Sequence record: PP620640
Direction: 5' to 3' (one strand)
Length of the DNA stretch: 64,000 bases
Source: Escherichia phage fKMPT1
A model generated the notes under the pieces. That model was not told where the DNA came from. It ran no database searches and saw nothing but the letters and a program-made list of their open reading frames with translations. The translations under genes and the position numbers were made by a program. Below are positions 9,925-19,014 of the stretch, piece by piece (the stretch's first letter is position 1; each line of letters opens with the position of its first letter).

Positions 9925-10181
9925 TTTTACTCCCTCTAAAATCATTAACCACATACATTACTGCAAAAAATTATAAAAAGCAAGTTGACAATGTACTTGA
10001 CAAGGTGTTAATCTTTGCGAAGTGGGTTTTTACTTAAAAGGTTACTTAACAGTTTAACTATACAGATACTTTAAAACTCTTAAAAGATTATTTAATAGTT
10101 TTTAAAAAGCTTTAAAGTATAACGTATAGAATACGTTAAGATAAAAGATTAAAACTTAATAGTTACTTAAAAGAGGCTTAC

Positions 10182-10604
10182 ATGCAGAAAATGTTTGTTC
10201 ACCCAGACATAGCTGACTTTGTTAGAGCTTTGCAGAAGTTGGAAGAACTTGACATTGCTGCTCAACGGGAATATGCTCACCATCACAGGAGAATGGTTGA
10301 TATACAACATGAAATAGAGTTGTCTGAAAACTATGAAGATGACTTAAAATGCTCTGTATTTGAGCATATGAAAGATGTTGCTACAGCGAGACGTAAAGCT
10401 AAAGACACAGTTGCTTTACTAGATTCTCTTAAAAAGAGATTGCAAAGTGGTACAGACCTGTGTAATCTAGCGTCACTGATTAACGATGTTGAAACTTCTT
10501 GGGATAGACATTACTATCCACGTTCTGAAAAGACACTTGACTTTTCTTCATCCGAAAACTTAAAATGTTCTAGAAAGAAACTTAACCAACTGAGAGAGAA
10601 ATAA
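10182..10604 (+). CDS. hypothetical protein
   Basis: 140-aa ORF. Confidence 0.55.
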   Translation: MQKMFVHPDIADFVRALQKLEELDIAAQREYAHHHRRMVDIQHEIELSENYEDDLKCSVFEHMKDVATARRKAKDTVALLDSLKKRLQSGTDLCNLASLINDVETSWDRHYYPRSEKTLDFSSSENLKCSRKKLNQLREK

Positions 10605-10605
10605 T

Positions 10606-11418
10606 ATGAACACTACTGTAGACCAGATGCTTAAAGAAAAAGGTGTTGACGAAGCATTCTTAATCAATGCCGTAGAAAGCATGGCTATGATTCTTCGTGG
10701 AAACAACTATACAGAACAGTTTATGCCTGCAAGCTATAACTTACCTAAAGACAAGTCTGATAACGGTGCTTTTGCAGAACAGGTTAATATGATGCTGTGT
10801 GACAAAAAACTTGCTTTAGCATCTATCGTTGTAGGTGTTGATGCTCTTGCAGAGTTCATTTTTTATGAGATGCAGAAAAATGACTATATTGCCATGACCT
10901 CTGAAGAAAAAGACTCGCTACTACTCTTAGATAATAATGAGTTAGTTGACCTGTTAATTTCGTCAACGAGTGCTGTTATGGCTGCTCTTGAGAAGCGCAT
11001 GGAAGAGAAGCTGTCACGATATGAAAAGCTTGATTGGGGTGTAGAAGAGTTAAACCCACGAATCAAAGAGATTATCCAGCAAACTAAAGAGTCTTTAGAA
11101 GAGGCTGTGAAAGATGATTCCGTAGCTGATGTAGAACCACTACAGGTGAAGGTTGCTCTGATGATTCCAGCTATCTCTACAATGATGAATATCGTTGCAC
11201 TAATCCAACTTTCACAGATGTTGGGTGTAACCATTGAGTTCGTTGAGGAGATGACTGGTGGTGTCAGCATGCAAGCAATCAATGATGTTTTGGTAAACAT
11301 TGGCGCTTCAATCATTGAAGAGAAGCTGCGTATTAACTTTGGCGATGATTTTGTGAAGCAAGTATCAGCTATGGCTGAAAAAGAGTATTCACAGATTAAT
11401 ACCGACCAACTGCACTAA
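10606..11418 (+). CDS. hypothetical protein
   Basis: 270-aa ORF followed by hairpin terminator. Confidence 0.55.
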   Translation: MNTTVDQMLKEKGVDEAFLINAVESMAMILRGNNYTEQFMPASYNLPKDKSDNGAFAEQVNMMLCDKKLALASIVVGVDALAEFIFYEMQKNDYIAMTSEEKDSLLLLDNNELVDLLISSTSAVMAALEKRMEEKLSRYEKLDWGVEELNPRIKEIIQQTKESLEEAVKDDSVADVEPLQVKVALMIPAISTMMNIVALIQLSQMLGVTIEFVEEMTGGVSMQAINDVLVNIGASIIEEKLRINFGDDFVKQVSAMAEKEYSQINTDQLH

Positions 11419-11479
11419 GTCTTTATAAACCTTACAAGCCTCCTTAGTTGGGGGCTTTTTAGTAATTAAGGGAGATAGA

Positions 11480-12223
11480 ATGAGTAGTATTATTGCATTT
11501 ACTGGAAAGGCACGTTCTGGAAAAGACACCTCATGTTCTATTGTTAAGAATATTCTAGAAGATGAGTATGGCTACAATGTTGCAGTAATGGCCTATGCAG
11601 ACAATCTTAAACTTTCTGCATCAAAGATATTTGACTTGACTTGGAATGACCTGTACGGTGAAACTAAAGAAACTCCACAGGTTTTTGATTTATCATACTC
11701 TGAACTTATGCCTAAAGTTACAGAAGCTATTGAGTTCACCTTCAAAGATGAACGTTACCATATGGACTTCAAGCTTATGTCAGAGTTAACCGGACGATTA
11801 ATCATGGAGCTTAAGAAGGTTGCTAAACCAACTCTATTGACACGTCTGGGATTTAGCAAAAAGTATAAATTCTCATCAAGACAAATTCAACAGATTTGGG
11901 GAACTGAAGTTATCCGTAAAGTTATGGGTGACAAATTCTGGGCTAAAGACCTTGAAAAACGAATGGCTCGCTTCTTTGAATCTTGTTCACTTATGAGTCA
12001 AGAGGGTGTTGTTTTAATCAGTGACTTAAGGTTTGACTCTGAAGCTGAGTGGCTGAGTAGATTTGCACACCAGATTATTGAAGTAAAAAGAGACAATGTG
12101 GACAAGGTTTCATCACATGTTTCAGAAAATGGAATTTCTACCAAATATGCGCGTGACATTATCCATAATAATGGTACTCTTGCAGACCTTGAAAACAAGC
12201 TAAGAGCTATCCTGAAAATTTAA
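11480..12223 (+). CDS. deoxynucleoside monophosphate kinase-like P-loop protein
   Basis: N-terminal IIAFTGKARSGKDT resembles T4 gp1 dNMP kinase GVKRSGKDT. Confidence 0.65.
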   Translation: MSSIIAFTGKARSGKDTSCSIVKNILEDEYGYNVAVMAYADNLKLSASKIFDLTWNDLYGETKETPQVFDLSYSELMPKVTEAIEFTFKDERYHMDFKLMSELTGRLIMELKKVAKPTLLTRLGFSKKYKFSSRQIQQIWGTEVIRKVMGDKFWAKDLEKRMARFFESCSLMSQEGVVLISDLRFDSEAEWLSRFAHQIIEVKRDNVDKVSSHVSENGISTKYARDIIHNNGTLADLENKLRAILKI

Positions 12224-12231
12224 AAGAGAGA

Positions 12232-12432
12232 ATGAAGATGAGAGTAAAAGATAATTTCAAAGTTATTGACCATCGTTTAGTGGAACTCTCATCTCTTTCC
12301 AATGAGGTAATGATTGAACGTCTTAAGAGAGTTGAATCACGAAGGAAAGAGATTGCAGATGAAGTCCATGAACTTGACAAGATTGAAAATGGATTGAAGG
12401 CAGAACTACAACGAAGAGGTGCTAATGTCTAA
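12232..12432 (+). CDS. hypothetical small protein
   Basis: 66-aa ORF with RBS. Confidence 0.45.
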   Translation: MKMRVKDNFKVIDHRLVELSSLSNEVMIERLKRVESRRKEIADEVHELDKIENGLKAELQRRGANV

Positions 12433-14410
12433 AGGTCGTAAATTGAAAGAGGCTGGTCAGTTTATTGGTCATTGTGCGTGTCCACGTTGTGGTTCATCAG
12501 ATGCTGGTTCAATCTATCATCATGACGATGATTCTTATTCGATGACTTGCTTTAGTTGTAACAAAGGTTTCCCAGAGTGGGATTTTGATAAAGGACAAAT
12601 CGTGAGCACTTATTCTACTGGTTCAGATAATAAAAACCGTACTTTCCGTGGAATGGATTTAGACGATGTAAAAGAAAACCTTGAAGCAATGGACTTGAAA
12701 GACAGGAAGATTCCTGCAAAAGTTCTTGAACGCTTAGGTATCAAGGTTGACATTGACAGTGATGGTGAAATTGATGCACATTTCTATCCGACTTACAAAC
12801 GTAATGAAGATGGCAAGCTAGAACATGTTGGCTACCGTGTTCGTCACCGTTACCCAGAAGACCATCCAAAAGAACACCTACGTGGTAAACTAAAAGACTT
12901 TTCAGGTGGTGTTGGAGACATTAAAGGCGAACTGGCAATGTTCGGTTCATGGATTGCTCCAGAAGGTGGCAATCGTCTATTCATCTGGGAAGGTGAGATG
13001 GAATGTGCTACAGCAATCTACATGACTTCTCTGGCAATTAAAGATAAGTCTCGTCGTAAGAATTACTGTCACGTATCTGTTCCATCAGGTGCAAACATTA
13101 AGTCTATCAAAGACAACTATCAGTATATCACATCATTTGATGAGATTTACTTGTGCTTTGATAACGATGAAGCAGGTGCTAAAGCTACCAAAGAGGCTGC
13201 TGGTATCCTGCCTATTGAGAAGGTTCGTTTATTCCAGTATCCAGAAGGTGTAAAAGACCTTAATGAATGGTGGACAAAGTTCTATAAAGAGAAAGACACA
13301 GTTCTGGAAGGATTTAAGCAGCGTATCTACAACGCACCTCGTTATTGCCCTGCTGGTATCAAGAACTTTGCAGATGGTTTTGAGGCAATGAAGAATCGTG
13401 GTCAGATTCCATTGATTCCTTTCCCAGAGTCTTTCGGGGATTTGAACAGACTGACTTATGGTGGTTACGGTTTAGGTGAGATTACAACTCTGGCAGCACC
13501 ATCTTCAGTAGGTAAATCAGCGTACACCCGTGAAATGATTTACACTGCTTGGAAGGAAACCGATTATAATATTGGTGTAATTCCTGTAGAAGATACCTAC
13601 GAAGAGTTGATGGAAATGCTCTGTGCAATTCACCTGAGCAAGCAGATTTCTGAGATTCCTTATGACGAACGTGATTGGGATGAATTGAAGGAAGCACACG
13701 CAGAGCTATCTAAAGGTCGTCGTATCCATATCGTTGACCATCAAGGGGCAATTGACCAAGATAACCTGCTGGAGTTTGTTGACTATCTTGTTAATAGTTT
13801 AGACTGTAAGATTATTATTCTTGACCCTATTACGTTGGCTCTGTCACGTTCTGATACGGATGAAGAGGAAGTATTGTCTGAACTATTGCGTCGTTGCAAA
13901 CGCTACCAGTATGCGCAGGTAAACGTGTGTCACGTTCGTAAGAGTGCAGGTGGTCAGAAAGCCAACTCTGAAGGTGGAGATATCTCTGAAGAGGACATTA
14001 AAGGTTCTGGTGCGTATTTCCAGATTTCTATGAACAACATTCTGTTAATGCGTAACAAGGTTGACCCAGACCCTGTTAAGAAAAACTTGACAAAAATCAA
14101 GTTAACTAAGTGTCGTCGTCATGGTAAGTCAACAGGTATTGCTGGTCACACTTGGTACAATCCAGACACAGGACGTCTTATCAAAGCTTCTGGATGTGGT
14201 GTTGATATTGATGGTGCAGCAGAAAATATTCGTCAACAGTTTGGTATTGGTGAAGCTGAAGACCATTACGATGACTCTTTACCTCATTATGAGGATGAAG
14301 TGTTTGACCGTGAGACTGGTGAAGTCTATACTGAAGAACAGCGTCAAAGCTCAACGATTCCACCTGTATTAAGTGAGGATGCAGATGACTGCCCGTTTGA
14401 AACTGAGTGA
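12425..14410 (+). CDS. DNA primase-helicase (T7 gp4-like)
   Basis: Zn-ribbon CPRCGS...CFSCNKG, TOPRIM-like middle, Walker A SSVGKSAY with DnaB-like C-terminus; start at ATG 12425 after AAGAGG. Confidence 0.85.
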   Translation: MSKGRKLKEAGQFIGHCACPRCGSSDAGSIYHHDDDSYSMTCFSCNKGFPEWDFDKGQIVSTYSTGSDNKNRTFRGMDLDDVKENLEAMDLKDRKIPAKVLERLGIKVDIDSDGEIDAHFYPTYKRNEDGKLEHVGYRVRHRYPEDHPKEHLRGKLKDFSGGVGDIKGELAMFGSWIAPEGGNRLFIWEGEMECATAIYMTSLAIKDKSRRKNYCHVSVPSGANIKSIKDNYQYITSFDEIYLCFDNDEAGAKATKEAAGILPIEKVRLFQYPEGVKDLNEWWTKFYKEKDTVLEGFKQRIYNAPRYCPAGIKNFADGFEAMKNRGQIPLIPFPESFGDLNRLTYGGYGLGEITTLAAPSSVGKSAYTREMIYTAWKETDYNIGVIPVEDTYEELMEMLCAIHLSKQISEIPYDERDWDELKEAHAELSKGRRIHIVDHQGAIDQDNLLEFVDYLVNSLDCKIIILDPITLALSRSDTDEEEVLSELLRRCKRYQYAQVNVCHVRKSAGGQKANSEGGDISEEDIKGSGAYFQISMNNILLMRNKVDPDPVKKNLTKIKLTKCRRHGKSTGIAGHTWYNPDTGRLIKASGCGVDIDGAAENIRQQFGIGEAEDHYDDSLPHYEDEVFDRETGEVYTEEQRQSSTIPPVLSEDADDCPFETE

Positions 14411-14663
14411 TAGTTATAAAAGAGAGGGGTTTATACCCTTCTTTGAAGAAAAAAGTTTAAATAAATTTCAGGAAGAGTGTTTGACAAAGGTTGATAGGTT
14501 CTATAGAATGCTCTACATGAAATGTGATGGAGGAGTTGAGGTTGAACAAAAGTCCCATCACAGTATAATAACAGTCACTATTACTATACCTCAACATAAT
14601 ATTGGTTGGCTGTTTATAATTAAAGAAAATGTGTTTGAATATCAAGTATATCGGAGAATATCA

Positions 14664-14813
14664 TGAAACACTCTAAAGCATTTGAAAAAGTTTTTGGGGA
14701 TTCCTTAAAAGCCACTGCTGGTAAACCAGCAAAATACTATGAAGAGAAGCGTGTAAGAACTGGAAAAACTGCACGTAAAGCAGCTTCTAAAGATAAGCAC
14801 AACTTCCAGTAAT
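14664..14813 (+). CDS. hypothetical small basic protein
   Basis: 49-aa ORF with GGAGA RBS, not in six-frame track. Confidence 0.3.
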
Positions 14814-14819
14814 TAATGT

Positions 14820-14848
14820 TTGACAATAGAGTATCAACAAATTAGAAT
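14820..14848 (+). promoter_or_regulatory. sigma70-like promoter
   Basis: TTGACA - 17 nt - TAGAAT upstream of 14885 gene. Confidence 0.55.
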
Positions 14849-14884
14849 TGGTACTCTTCATAAATTGAGATAGAGGTTTAAATA

Positions 14885-15742
14885 ATGTCTAAAGTTGTTA
14901 AAATGAAAGCTCCGGTAGAGAAGTACAATGGTACTGAACGTCAAACTCTGCGTTACCTGCTGAAAGATGTTTGGTTTTATTACCTGAACACTTCACCACG
15001 TCCGGGAAAAGGTAAATCCATTGATAAGAAATTCCCAGGCAAAGACTGTAACTACAGTGTTTCAATTCTGGCAGAAGATGGTAATAAACTATTTAAAGAG
15101 TTTACTAAGTCTAAGAAAAACCCAGAAGGTTGGGATAAAGTTACTACTGAAGCAGTTGATGCAGATGACTTCGAAGAGAAGTTTGGTTGCAAACCACCAT
15201 TTGAAGCAGACACTTACTACATCTTGAAAGTAAGTCGTGCAGCAGCTTATAAAGACGGTGCTGTGTGGACAGCTAAACAGTCATTCCCTGTAATGCTGAT
15301 TGAAGAAGTAAATGGTAAGCGTGTAGCTGTTAAACAGCCGATGAAGAAAATCAAAGCTCAAGCATCTGACAAACATGAAGATGACAAGAACTATGATGTA
15401 ATTCATCCAGATATTGCAGTTGGTAACGGTTCTTTTGGTAGTGTGATTCTGTCTACTCACTTCTACACTTTTGAGAACAATGTTCTGACAAAACCTATTC
15501 AGGAACAGTTTATCATTGACACTCTTGTACCTTACACTGGTGGTAACGGTGCTAACGGTGAACCTGAACTGGATGAAGACGAACTGGCTATGCTTGGTCT
15601 TGATGGTGTTGAAGATAACGGTGAAATCACTGAAGAAGACGCAAAAGACCACAAACCTTCTAATGATTCTGATGATGGTGACGATGAAGACTTGCCAGAC
15701 CCAGATGACGAAGAAGATGAAGACTTCGATACAGAAGACTAA
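14885..15742 (+). CDS. single-stranded DNA-binding protein-like (acidic C-terminal tail)
   Basis: 285 aa ending DDGDDEDLPDPDDEEDEDFDTED, typical of T7 gp2.5-type SSB tails; placed between primase-helicase and exonuclease. Confidence 0.5.
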   Translation: MSKVVKMKAPVEKYNGTERQTLRYLLKDVWFYYLNTSPRPGKGKSIDKKFPGKDCNYSVSILAEDGNKLFKEFTKSKKNPEGWDKVTTEAVDADDFEEKFGCKPPFEADTYYILKVSRAAAYKDGAVWTAKQSFPVMLIEEVNGKRVAVKQPMKKIKAQASDKHEDDKNYDVIHPDIAVGNGSFGSVILSTHFYTFENNVLTKPIQEQFIIDTLVPYTGGNGANGEPELDEDELAMLGLDGVEDNGEITEEDAKDHKPSNDSDDGDDEDLPDPDDEEDEDFDTED

Positions 15743-15804
15743 TCTTTAAAAGTTACTTTAAAGCCCTGTACTTAGTATGGGGCTTTTTCATATGGAGAGC
15801 CACA

Positions 15805-16845
15805 ATGGAGAAGTATACACTAACAAAACTTCCCGATTCAGTTACACATGTCTTTATCGACTCTGACAGTATTGCCTATAAAGGTGCTTGTGTAGTTGAG
15901 AAAGCAAAATATAAGTATGTCAATAAACTCACAGCAGAAGAATCTGAACCATTTGATAATGCAAAAGATGCTGCAAGATGGTTAGCAGACCAGAGAATCC
16001 TTGTGGAAGAACTTGGCCTGACATTTGATGAAGATGAATGGGAAAGACAGACTTGGAAAGAGGCTAAGAGTGAAAAAGAAGCTATCATGGCTACTCAGCA
16101 GGTTCTTCAGGAATGGCTTAAGGTTGTTGGTAAAGAAAGAACTTGGGTAGGTTATTTAACAGAGAAGGGTGTACATAAACATAAAGACATTAAAGGTCTT
16201 GAGCACCAATATCAAGGTAACCGTAAAGATGCTGTCACACCAACACACTTAGTTGCTTGCCGTGAATATCTTCTGTCAAGACCAGAGTTTAAGCTTCTCC
16301 GTGGAGGATTTGAAGCCGATTCCATCGTAATTGCTAAAGCTGAAAAGATGGGTAAGAAGGCCGCTCTTATGAGTATTGACAAAGACCTTCGACAAGCTGA
16401 AGGGACTTATTGTATTGATATGACTTATGAAAAATCACCACTAATTTTTATCGCTGATAATAATGTTGGTAACATCTGGGATTGCCCTATCAAATCAAAA
16501 CCAAAAGCTGCAAAAACAGTTGGTGTAGGTTTTAAATTCTTGTGTTATCAGGCTGTTGCTGGAGATAATGCAGATAACTACTTCGGTCTTAAAGGTGCTG
16601 GAAAAGTAGCTGTGATGAATGCTTTAGATGGTAAAGAGACCTATAAAGAGTGCCTTGACGCTATCTATGAACTCTATGCTAAAAAAGAGTCTTACACCTA
16701 TGTATCATGGGATGGGCAGACTGTTACAAAAACACCATTAGAGTTAATGGAGCAGCATTTCTGGGTGGCATATCAAGAGAGAAATCCAAAAGATAATTTC
16801 TCTTTTAAGAAATATAATTGGGAGCCGTGTATGAATGAAGATTAA
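15805..16845 (+). CDS. 5'-3' exonuclease / flap endonuclease
   Basis: GNRKD, GFEADS, SIDKDL and AVAGDNADNYFGLKGAGKV segments resemble T5 D15-type FEN motifs. Confidence 0.7.
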   Translation: MEKYTLTKLPDSVTHVFIDSDSIAYKGACVVEKAKYKYVNKLTAEESEPFDNAKDAARWLADQRILVEELGLTFDEDEWERQTWKEAKSEKEAIMATQQVLQEWLKVVGKERTWVGYLTEKGVHKHKDIKGLEHQYQGNRKDAVTPTHLVACREYLLSRPEFKLLRGGFEADSIVIAKAEKMGKKAALMSIDKDLRQAEGTYCIDMTYEKSPLIFIADNNVGNIWDCPIKSKPKAAKTVGVGFKFLCYQAVAGDNADNYFGLKGAGKVAVMNALDGKETYKECLDAIYELYAKKESYTYVSWDGQTVTKTPLELMEQHFWVAYQERNPKDNFSFKKYNWEPCMNED

Positions 16846-17332
16846 AGGATTTGGCAATTGTCCCACCTATGGTCATTGGGTATCTTTGTGTGGGGAAGTT
16901 GACCCCACTAAACATTTTGGTTTTGTCTATTTAGTATACTGTAAGAAAACCGGACAATATTATATCGGAAAGAAACAGCTTAATAGTGTGACCAAAAGAA
17001 AAGTTGCTGGCAAGACTCGGAAGAAGGTAGTCACTAAGGAAAGTGATTGGATGACTTATGAGACTTCTTCTGAGTATGTTAAAAAAGATATTGAGAGCTT
17101 TGGAAAAGAATTTTTTGACTTTTACATTATTCAAACCTACTACACAAAAGGTGGTCTAGTTTATGGTGAAGCAAACCTTCAACATAAATTCGATGTAATG
17201 ACAAAAAGGATTGACTCTAAGCTCAGACTCTTCTACAATGCCAACATTGCAGCAATTAAGTTTATCACTAAAGAAACTTATGAAGATGCTGAAAAAAGAA
17301 TCCATAAGGTAATGAAAGCAAATTGTGCTTGA
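16835..17332 (+). CDS. hypothetical protein (weak GIY-YIG-like N-terminal motif)
   Basis: VYLVYCKKTGQYYIGKK resembles GIY...YIG but downstream catalytic residues not evident. Confidence 0.45.
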   Translation: MKIKGFGNCPTYGHWVSLCGEVDPTKHFGFVYLVYCKKTGQYYIGKKQLNSVTKRKVAGKTRKKVVTKESDWMTYETSSEYVKKDIESFGKEFFDFYIIQTYYTKGGLVYGEANLQHKFDVMTKRIDSKLRLFYNANIAAIKFITKETYEDAEKRIHKVMKANCA

Positions 17333-17338
17333 TAACTA

Positions 17339-17602
17339 TTGAGAGAGAATAAAATGTTTAACAAAAGTAAAGCTGTGAGTCATGTAGCAAAAGTTGACAG
17401 CAAGATTGAAGAACTTGAGCGCATTCTTGCAAATGTCAGAGAGTCAATAATTAAAGAAGTTGAAGCTGTTGAATCTCAAATGCAGCACCTAATGCTTAAA
17501 CGTCAAGAGCTACGTGAGCATCTGGAATATATTGAAACACGAGAGCTAAAGGTTAACAGATATTTTAAGGAGTCCGAATGTTTAACTCAAGAGAATCAGT
17601 AA
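17339..17602 (+). CDS. hypothetical coiled-coil protein
   Basis: 87-aa ORF. Confidence 0.45.
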   Translation: MRENKMFNKSKAVSHVAKVDSKIEELERILANVRESIIKEVEAVESQMQHLMLKRQELREHLEYIETRELKVNRYFKESECLTQENQ

Positions 17603-18333
17603 AAAACTGGAATCTTCGTTGTGGAAACACCCAAAAGCATCCTTACAGTGACGAGTATTGGGAATCTTTAAAGTCTCAATCTTTATGTATGCTTGAAGAA
17701 GCAAAAGAGCTTGTGAAGGCAATTGAAGAGAAAGACCCCATTGAGACACTGGATGCTCAGGCAGATTTGCAATATGTTCTTGATGGTTTGATTTACCTGT
17801 CACAACATGACCATAACGGTGCTATGAAAGCTGTTTGCCATAACAATGACCTGAAGTACACAGACGACTATGAAGAAGCTTTAAAACGTCTTGCAGATAT
17901 TGAGAAGCGTACTGGTCAAGAGTGTATCATCAGAATGTCAGTAGTTGATGGCAAAGAATGGTATGCAATTGCTCGTGCAGCCGATGGGAAGATTATGAAG
18001 CAATCTAATCTCCCTAAAGTTCAGCTTGGTGAATACATTGTAGAACTTGAAAGCCAAGAACTTTTTGTGGTAGTATCTGACACATGCGTTATCTGCAAAG
18101 GTATTGTATGTAGCTTAAAGGATTTGGGTGTAGATGGTTTTGTAGAAGTTAATCCAATTACCTCTAAAGCAGATAAAGATTTCTGTAAAGAGAATGGACT
18201 ATGGATTGCAGATATTGTCTACTATGATGGTGAGCAGTTCCATGTAACCTCATACCCGAAACTTAATTATGATGCTAATAACCTGAAGTGCTGGTTAAAA
18301 GGGGTTGGTTATAATGGATTCACAGAACATTAA
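17578..18333 (+). CDS. hypothetical protein
   Basis: 251-aa ORF. Confidence 0.5.
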   Translation: MFNSRESVKNWNLRCGNTQKHPYSDEYWESLKSQSLCMLEEAKELVKAIEEKDPIETLDAQADLQYVLDGLIYLSQHDHNGAMKAVCHNNDLKYTDDYEEALKRLADIEKRTGQECIIRMSVVDGKEWYAIARAADGKIMKQSNLPKVQLGEYIVELESQELFVVVSDTCVICKGIVCSLKDLGVDGFVEVNPITSKADKDFCKENGLWIADIVYYDGEQFHVTSYPKLNYDANNLKCWLKGVGYNGFTEH

Positions 18334-18637
18334 TAAAGAAGGTGTGGCTCAGAAGAGCCACTTCTCAAACTACAATATCTCTATGACGGTGTTTATGAAT
18401 GACCCGTTACTTGAGAAGTATGGTGAGACTCCAGATACACTTCTGGATAATGAACAAGTTTTAAAAGCAGTTCTGTACAAATACGGGATTGATATTGAGA
18501 AAGAGTATTCTTTTGAAATCTGTCAACACAGGAATACTTTTGGTAAAGTTGTAATGGCTCCACTCTTCATGGGTGTAGAAAGAACTGACTATGGTTGGTT
18601 ATATCTAAAAAGAAACTTGGAGAAATACCGTGTCTAA
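18305..18637 (+). CDS. hypothetical protein
   Basis: 110-aa ORF. Confidence 0.45.
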   Translation: MVIMDSQNINKEGVAQKSHFSNYNISMTVFMNDPLLEKYGETPDTLLDNEQVLKAVLYKYGIDIEKEYSFEICQHRNTFGKVVMAPLFMGVERTDYGWLYLKRNLEKYRV

Positions 18638-18968
18638 AGCAAAAAAGCTATCTTATGATGACATTATCTCAGGTGCTAAATTAGGTGTTGATAGTATCGG
18701 ACAAGATGTTAAGCACGGAGACACAGTTATGTACTGTGATGACCGAAGAGGGAGAAGTGCAATCTTGTTTGGAAGAATTGTTTGCAAGATGCGAGGTAAT
18801 TACGTTGTTGCAGACATGGATGTGAACGTTACACAAAAACTTGAAACACTTATGGATGATAATACATCATCATGGTTCTCCCTGAATTGTATGCACACTT
18901 CTTCAGTCACAAAAGTAAGTGATAAGTTTTACGATATGTGGCAGAATGAGCAAATTTTCAAGATTTAA
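18630..18968 (+). CDS. hypothetical protein
   Basis: 112-aa ORF followed by terminator. Confidence 0.5.
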   Translation: MSKAKKLSYDDIISGAKLGVDSIGQDVKHGDTVMYCDDRRGRSAILFGRIVCKMRGNYVVADMDVNVTQKLETLMDDNTSSWFSLNCMHTSSVTKVSDKFYDMWQNEQIFKI

Positions 18969-18971
18969 ACT

Positions 18972-18997
18972 AGGGAGCCTCTTCGGAGGCTCTTTTC
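18972..18997 (+). terminator. rho-independent terminator
   Basis: ggagcctc-ttcg-gaggctc hairpin + TTTT. Confidence 0.6.
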
Positions 18998-19014
18998 ATC
19001 TGTAGGATTTAAAA

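Noticed and set aside
14373-14666. 97-aa ORF overlapping the end of the primase-helicase gene
   Set aside because: No RBS, starts inside the upstream gene; the short RBS-supported ORF at 14664-14813 is more plausible.
17578-18333. MazG-like nucleotide pyrophosphohydrolase assignment
   Set aside because: Only a loose EE..E...D pattern; insufficient to call, left as hypothetical.
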